Shown in pieces: positions 58,805 to 64,000 of a DNA stretch of 64,000 nucleotides. Each line of letters starts with the position of its first letter. Position 1 is the stretch's first letter. The translations under genes were made by a program, and so were the position numbers. Origin of the DNA: Rhodospirillales bacterium (GTDB lineage: Bacteria > Pseudomonadota > Alphaproteobacteria > JAJFIK01); the NCBI GenBank assembly GCA_021775005.1, contig JAJFIK010000012.1, forward strand, positions 7,620 through 71,619, in the 5' to 3' direction. A model generated the notes under the pieces. That model searched no databases. It worked only from the letters and a program-made list of their open reading frames with translations, and was not told where the DNA came from.

Positions 58805-61687
58805 CTAGTGCGCTTCGTCCCAGGTGGCACCGTCATTGGCGTCCACCACTAATTGCACGCTGAAATCAAGGGCCGGGTGACAAGCGTCTTCCATCACTTG
58901 GCTGGCAAGTTTCTTGGTGGCGGCGACCTCAGCCTCGGGCGCTTCGAAAATCAATTCATCATGCACTTGAAGCAGCATGGTCGCCGTTAGCTTCTTCCTG
59001 GCAAGGGCGTCAGGTATGCGGATCATGGCACGGCGAATGATGTCTGCGGCCGAGCCCTGGATCGGCGCATTGATGGCCGCGCGCTCGTTAAATGACTTCA
59101 TCGATGGATTGCTCGAGTTGATATTGGGGTAGTGGCAGCGCCGCCCAAAGATGGTTTTGACATAGCCGTTCTTGCGGCAAAACTCTTTGGTGGAGTCCAT
59201 ATAGTCGCGAATGCCCGGGAAACGCTCAAAATAAGTTTTGATATATTCCTGCGCCTCGCCGCGGGGGATACCCAGCTGGTTCGCCAAGCCAAAGGCGGAA
59301 ATGCCGTAGATGATACCAAAATTGATGGCTTTGGCTTGGCGGCGCACGTTGGGGTCCATGCCTTTGATAGGTACGCCAAACATTTCCGAGGCCGTCATGG
59401 CGTGAATGTCGAGCCCATCGGCAAAAGCCTTCTTGAGTTCGGGAATATCCGCTACATGGGCGAGCACGCGCAGCTCAATTTGGCTGTAGTCCGCTGAAAT
59501 CAGGCGGCAGCCCTTTTCTGCGATGAAGGCGGTGCGGATCAACCGGCCTTCCGGCGTGCGGATGGGGATGTTCTGCAAATTGGGATCGGATGAGGCAAGC
59601 CGCCCTGTTGTGGTGGCCGCTAGCGAATAAGACGTATGTACGCGGCCGGTTTCCGGGTTGATAAATTCCGGCAGGGCATCTGTGTAGGTACCTTTGAGTT
59701 TTGAAAGCTGCCGCCAGGTCAGCAGCACTTTGGGTAGCTCATGGCCTGCAGCGGCAAGGTCTTCCAGTACATCGGCCCCGGTAGCATAGGCGCCTGTTTT
59801 GGTTTTCTTGCCCGCAGGAATGCCAAGCTTTTCAAACAATATTTCGCCAAGCTGCTTTGGCGATCCCAGATTGAATTCTTCCCCTGCCAGCGCGAAGGCT
59901 TCGGCCTCCAGTGCTGTCATGCGCTGCGCAAAGTCGCCCGATAGGCGAGAGAGAACCTGGCGGTCAACCTTGATGCCCGCCATCTCCATGTCGGCAAGAA
60001 TGGGAATGAGTTTACGCTCCAATGTCTCATAAACCGTAGTGCGCTGCTCTGCGGCAAGCCGTGGTTTCAATATGCGATGCAGCCGCAGCGTCACGTCTGC
60101 GTCTTCGGCGGCGTATTTCGTCGCTTCGTCAATGGGGATTTTGTCGAATGTTTTTTGCGCCTTGCCTTTGCCTGCGACCTCAGAAAAAGGAATAGGCGCA
60201 TGGTCGAGGTGTCGTTTTGACAACTCGTCCATGCCGTGCCCGTGCAATCCCGCATCGAGGGCATATGACATCAGCATGGTATCATCGATGGGCGTTAGGC
60301 GAATGCCGCGCCGGGCGAAAATCTCAAAGTCGTATTTCATATTCTGCCCCACCTTGAGCACAGAGGCGTCTTCAAGGAGGGGCTTCAATGCTTTCAAAGC
60401 GTCCTTCATGGAAATTTGTTCAGGGACCTCATCAAAGCCGAGCTCGTCCCCCGCCCCGTGACCGAGCGGAATATAGGCCGCCTTGCCTGGCACGATGCAA
60501 AGGGAAATGCCGGCGAGGTCTGCCTGCATTGTGTCGAGGGAGGTGGTTTCGGTATCCACCGCCACGGTACCAATTTCATGAGCTTCAGCGATCCAGGGGG
60601 CCAGCGCCGCCAAGGTCAGGATGGTCTCGTAGCTATCGGGATCGAACGCGGTGGGGGCATCATCTGCGCGCTTTGCGGCACGGGGCTTGCTGGCATTGGT
60701 GCTGCTCGCAGCGCCTGCGCCGCCGCTTTTGCTGGACGGCGCGTGGGCTGCGTCCGCAGCAATGGCATCCACGTCATCGACTTTGTGAGCTGCTGCCACC
60801 CGCTTGGTCAGTGCGCTAAATTCCATGGCCTTCAAGAATGCGATTAAAGACACGGCATCCGGCTCTTCAATGCGGAAGTCATCAAGAGGCACTGGCGCAT
60901 CCACATTTTGGTCGAGTGTGACGAGGCGTTTGGAAACGCGCGCTTGATCAGCAAACTCAATCAAGTTCTGCCGCCGCTTGGGCTGTTTGATTTCTTCGGC
61001 GCGCGCTAACAGCGTTTCAAGATCACCAAATTCGTTGATCAACAATGCCGCGGTCTTAATGCCGATGCCTGGTACGCCGGGAACATTGTCGACGCTGTCT
61101 CCTGCAAGCGCTTGCACTTCGACGACTTTGTCGGGGCCAACGCCGAATTTCTCCCGCACCTCATTGGGTCCGTTGCGCTTGTTCTTCATAGTGTCGAACA
61201 TCTCAACGCGATCATTTACCAGCTGCATCAAGTCTTTATCCGACGACACGATGGTAACCTCAGCGCCCAAGGCTTGCGCTTGGCGCGTGTAAGTGGCGAT
61301 CAGGTCATCCGCTTCAAAGCCTTTCATTTCGATAGAGGGCACGCCGAAGGCGCGCGTGGCATCGCGCACCAGGCTGAATTGCGGGATCAGATCCTCTGGT
61401 GCCTCCGGGCGATGGGCTTTGTAGTCCGGATAAAAGTCGTTGCGGAAGGTCTTACCGGAGTGGTCGAAAATGACCGCAAGGTGGGTCGGCGCATCAGGGC
61501 CTTTCAAGTCCTCCATAAGCTTGTGAAGCATGCTGGAAAATCCCGCCACAGCACCCACAGGCAAGCCATCCGATTTGCGGGTCAGGGGCGGCAGAGCATG
61601 ATAGGCGCGAAATATGTAACCTGAGCCATCCACCAGATAAAGGTGATCGCCTTTGCCGAATTTGGGGGAAGATTTCTTGGCAGCCAT
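58805..61687 (-). CDS. polA: DNA polymerase I
   Basis: 5'-3' exonuclease 'LVDGSGYIFRAYHA', 'FEADD'; 3'-5' exonuclease 'DTETT'; polymerase 'ADYSQIELR', 'KAINFGIIYG', 'QVHDEL'. Confidence 0.98.
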   Translation of the reverse strand: MAAKKSSPKFGKGDHLYLVDGSGYIFRAYHALPPLTRKSDGLPVGAVAGFSSMLHKLMEDLKGPDAPTHLAVIFDHSGKTFRNDFYPDYKAHRPEAPEDLIPQFSLVRDATRAFGVPSIEMKGFEADDLIATYTRQAQALGAEVTIVSSDKDLMQLVNDRVEMFDTMKNKRNGPNEVREKFGVGPDKVVEVQALAGDSVDNVPGVPGIGIKTAALLINEFGDLETLLARAEEIKQPKRRQNLIEFADQARVSKRLVTLDQNVDAPVPLDDFRIEEPDAVSLIAFLKAMEFSALTKRVAAAHKVDDVDAIAADAAHAPSSKSGGAGAASSTNASKPRAAKRADDAPTAFDPDSYETILTLAALAPWIAEAHEIGTVAVDTETTSLDTMQADLAGISLCIVPGKAAYIPLGHGAGDELGFDEVPEQISMKDALKALKPLLEDASVLKVGQNMKYDFEIFARRGIRLTPIDDTMLMSYALDAGLHGHGMDELSKRHLDHAPIPFSEVAGKGKAQKTFDKIPIDEATKYAAEDADVTLRLHRILKPRLAAEQRTTVYETLERKLIPILADMEMAGIKVDRQVLSRLSGDFAQRMTALEAEAFALAGEEFNLGSPKQLGEILFEKLGIPAGKKTKTGAYATGADVLEDLAAAGHELPKVLLTWRQLSKLKGTYTDALPEFINPETGRVHTSYSLAATTTGRLASSDPNLQNIPIRTPEGRLIRTAFIAEKGCRLISADYSQIELRVLAHVADIPELKKAFADGLDIHAMTASEMFGVPIKGMDPNVRRQAKAINFGIIYGISAFGLANQLGIPRGEAQEYIKTYFERFPGIRDYMDSTKEFCRKNGYVKTIFGRRCHYPNINSSNPSMKSFNERAAINAPIQGSAADIIRRAMIRIPDALARKKLTATMLLQVHDELIFEAPEAEVAATKKLASQVMEDACHPALDFSVQLVVDANDGATWDEAH

Positions 61688-61848
61688 GGGACCCGTTGAA
61701 TTGTTTGTATGGTGATCTAGATGGAAACGCGTAGCAGACTTGTGCGGCTGAGGCATTGACGCTGCGCTCAACCGGATGATACCGAAGGCCCCCCTTGGTG
61801 CAAAGATGCGGCCTAGAAGGCACCAGGGCCGAAACTCAGGACATACTG

Positions 61849-62868
61849 ATGCAAAAAGCGGTCAAAGGACATGCCATCGAAGCGCGCGGATTGAGCAAGA
61901 TCTATCGCGGTGGTCGCGGTCAGCCGCCGCAAGAGGCGCTGAAGGGTATCGATCTGGTGATTCCGCAAGGCTCGATATTTGGCCTTTTGGGGCCCAATGG
62001 CGCGGGCAAGTCCACCTTCATCAATATCCTTGCTGATCTGGTAAATAAGACCGCCGGAGAGGTTTCCATCTGGGGCTTTGATATTGACAAGCATCCACGT
62101 CAAAGCCGGGCTTCCATTGGCGTGGTGCCGCAAGAATTAAATATCGATCCGTTCTTTACCCCAGCTGAGGCAATGGAATTGCAGGCGGGGCTTTACGGGG
62201 TACCGAAATCTGAACGCCGCACAATGGAAATTCTCACCGCTCTTGGCCTTGAGGACAAAGCAGACGCCTACGCGCGCACCTTGTCCGGCGGGATGCGGCG
62301 CAGGCTTCTGGTGGCCAAAGCGTTGGTGCATAACCCTCCGGTGCTGGTGTTGGATGAACCCACCGCCGGCGTCGACATTGAATTGCGCAAACAGCTTTGG
62401 AAATATGTGCGCGAGCTTAATGAGCGCGGCGTCACCATCGTGCTGACGACGCATTACCTCGAAGAAGCCGAAGAACTTTGCGATACCATCGCCATTATCG
62501 ATCAAGGTGATGTGGTGGCCTGCAAACCCAAAGACACACTACTGCGCATGATTGAGCAAAAGCAGTTGGTGGTGAGGCCTGCAAATGGCGCGCCTGCACC
62601 TGACCTGGATGACTTCAAGGTGGAAACCCGCGCTGATGGCTGTTTTGTTGTGACCTATTCACCGGAGGATGTAACCGCGGGCGAAATTATCGCGCGCATT
62701 CAAGCCGCCGGCATTGGCATAGATGACATCACCACGCAGCAATCAGATCTTGAAGATGTCTTTCTGCAGCTCACTTATTATCGCGAAGACGGCCCCAATC
62801 CCAATGGCGGTCAGGCCGGTCGCGCAGGGCCTGCGTTGGCACCATCCGGTCGAGGGCCTCAAGCCTAA
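61849..62868 (+). CDS. ABC-2 type transporter ATP-binding protein (YadG-like)
   Basis: 'GPNGAGKST', 'LSGGMRRR', 'LDEPTAGVD', 'TTHYLEEAE', 'LEDVFL'. Confidence 0.92.
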   Translation: MQKAVKGHAIEARGLSKIYRGGRGQPPQEALKGIDLVIPQGSIFGLLGPNGAGKSTFINILADLVNKTAGEVSIWGFDIDKHPRQSRASIGVVPQELNIDPFFTPAEAMELQAGLYGVPKSERRTMEILTALGLEDKADAYARTLSGGMRRRLLVAKALVHNPPVLVLDEPTAGVDIELRKQLWKYVRELNERGVTIVLTTHYLEEAEELCDTIAIIDQGDVVACKPKDTLLRMIEQKQLVVRPANGAPAPDLDDFKVETRADGCFVVTYSPEDVTAGEIIARIQAAGIGIDDITTQQSDLEDVFLQLTYYREDGPNPNGGQAGRAGPALAPSGRGPQA

Positions 62869-63946
62869 GCCGCTCGCCTTTTGTGCGCCGATGAAAATAG
62901 AGCCATTGCGCCACGGCGCGCATAGGCGCTGTGCCCAGGCTTGCATTCCACACCGCGTCCGGAAGGCCAACATCCATTAAAAGGCGCTGCAAGCGCTTGA
63001 TGCGAAAACGCGGGTTTTCCCGTGCCATCAATGCGGCCGGGCAGGGCCCCTCGTCCAACAAATATTCTGCGATGGCTTGCCCGGCGCGGCGCCCCGAACG
63101 AAGGGCAGGCTGAATACCGCCCGCTGTCATGGGTGAGACAAGCCCTGCTGCATCCCCAACAAGAAGCGTGCGCGATGTGCCGATGCGCCTTAACCCGCCA
63201 CCAGCGGGGATAGCGCCCGCGCGTCGGTCAACGATGCGCGCTCGCTCCATGCCCAAAGCGCGCTGCACGTGGACAAGCGCTTGCTCGATCGACGGCTTTT
63301 TGTGTTCTGACGCGGCAAGGCCAATTTGAATGTGGTGCGGTCCCGGCACCGCCCAGGCGATGTAACCCGGCGCAACGTCTTGCCCCAAGAAGCAGTGCAA
63401 GTAATTGGGGTCCACGGCGTCGTCGAGCGGCACGCCAACTTCCACGCCATAAAGAAAGTGCTTGTTGGCGCTAAGCCCCAGCGCGCCAGCGACGGCAGAC
63501 TTCGCCCCATCCGCCCCCACAAGATAGCGCGTGTTGATGCCAAGGTCCTTAAGGCCATAGCCGCCGGCAATTTCGGTCAGCCCGCGAAAGGCGCAGCCAA
63601 AGCGAATTTCCGCGCCAGCGCGAATGGTTTCTTCTGCCATCCATGAGAGCAACGCCGGGGTGTCTGTGGCGTGAAAAGCGTAGCCGGGGGAATGCAAGTC
63701 GATTGATGTGAGTGCGGGCGCATATAGCCGCACGCCATAGATTTTGCGCGAGAGTTTTGCCGGGAAATCCATCTCCTCGGCGGCTTCCTTGACGAATATT
63801 CCCGTGGTGCGGACGCGCGCGCCGGCGCTTTGCTTTTGCTCAAGCACCAATACCCGCAAGCCTCGCAGGGCGGCGGTCTTGGCGCAGCGCAGGCCCGCAA
63901 AGCTCGCGCCAATAATAACAAGGTCGAAAATCTCAGGCTTGGTCAT
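62771..63946 (-). CDS. FAD-dependent oxidoreductase, geranylgeranyl reductase-like family
   Basis: 'DLVIIGASFAGL', 'VGADGAKS', 'PGYIAW', 'LVGDAAG.VSP.TAGGI'. Confidence 0.85.
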   Translation of the reverse strand: MTKPEIFDLVIIGASFAGLRCAKTAALRGLRVLVLEQKQSAGARVRTTGIFVKEAAEEMDFPAKLSRKIYGVRLYAPALTSIDLHSPGYAFHATDTPALLSWMAEETIRAGAEIRFGCAFRGLTEIAGGYGLKDLGINTRYLVGADGAKSAVAGALGLSANKHFLYGVEVGVPLDDAVDPNYLHCFLGQDVAPGYIAWAVPGPHHIQIGLAASEHKKPSIEQALVHVQRALGMERARIVDRRAGAIPAGGGLRRIGTSRTLLVGDAAGLVSPMTAGGIQPALRSGRRAGQAIAEYLLDEGPCPAALMARENPRFRIKRLQRLLMDVGLPDAVWNASLGTAPMRAVAQWLYFHRRTKGERLRLEALDRMVPTQALRDRPDRHWDWGRLRDNK

Positions 63947-64000
63947 GGCTTCCCCCCTCATGGATCGCGTCTTTGGCAAGGCCAGAATGGCCTTGGATCA

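Overview
A 64-kb chromosomal segment of a free-living alphaproteobacterium. The lptCAB-rpoN-hpf-ptsN, divL, chvIG-hprK-EIIA-HPr-ahcY, addAB-trxA and TIGR02300 loci support this; a Caulobacterales/Parvibaculales-like affinity is only an inference. Core blocks: lptC-lptA-lptB-rpoN-hpf-ptsN and hsp20/DUF1150 (1-5.8 kb); tRNA-Ala(GGC), TIGR02300, aroA-cmk-rpsA-ihfB-lapA-pyrF-trpF-trpB-trpA-accD-folC (27-39 kb); trxA-addA-addB-murU-amgK-tsaE, ferredoxin, divL, ahcY, PTS genes, chvG-chvI, pckA, polA (39-62 kb). An accessory-looking region (about 5.9-27 kb) abuts the tRNA 3' end. It holds a DUF2339 protein, VOC protein, porin, OsmC/HxlR pair, tamAB, an IS6 remnant, an orphan TPR/Cys-rich protein and an AraC remnant. 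It also holds the best candidate for an undescribed system: a same-strand cassette of a small, apparently leaderless, winged-helix-like protein, a RimB-like DTG protease, RimK, an M14 deacylase/carboxypeptidase, ZntB and a large MscS channel, possibly a reversible polyglutamate/glutamate-and-cation module. Other points: aroA is broken by one in-frame TAA; an orphan membrane gene sits between trpB and trpA flanked by ATGAGC repeats; there is a ROSE-like thermometer on hsp20, a GANTC cluster upstream of divL and a SahR-like operator upstream of ahcY. All calls come from reading motifs by eye; no searches were run.
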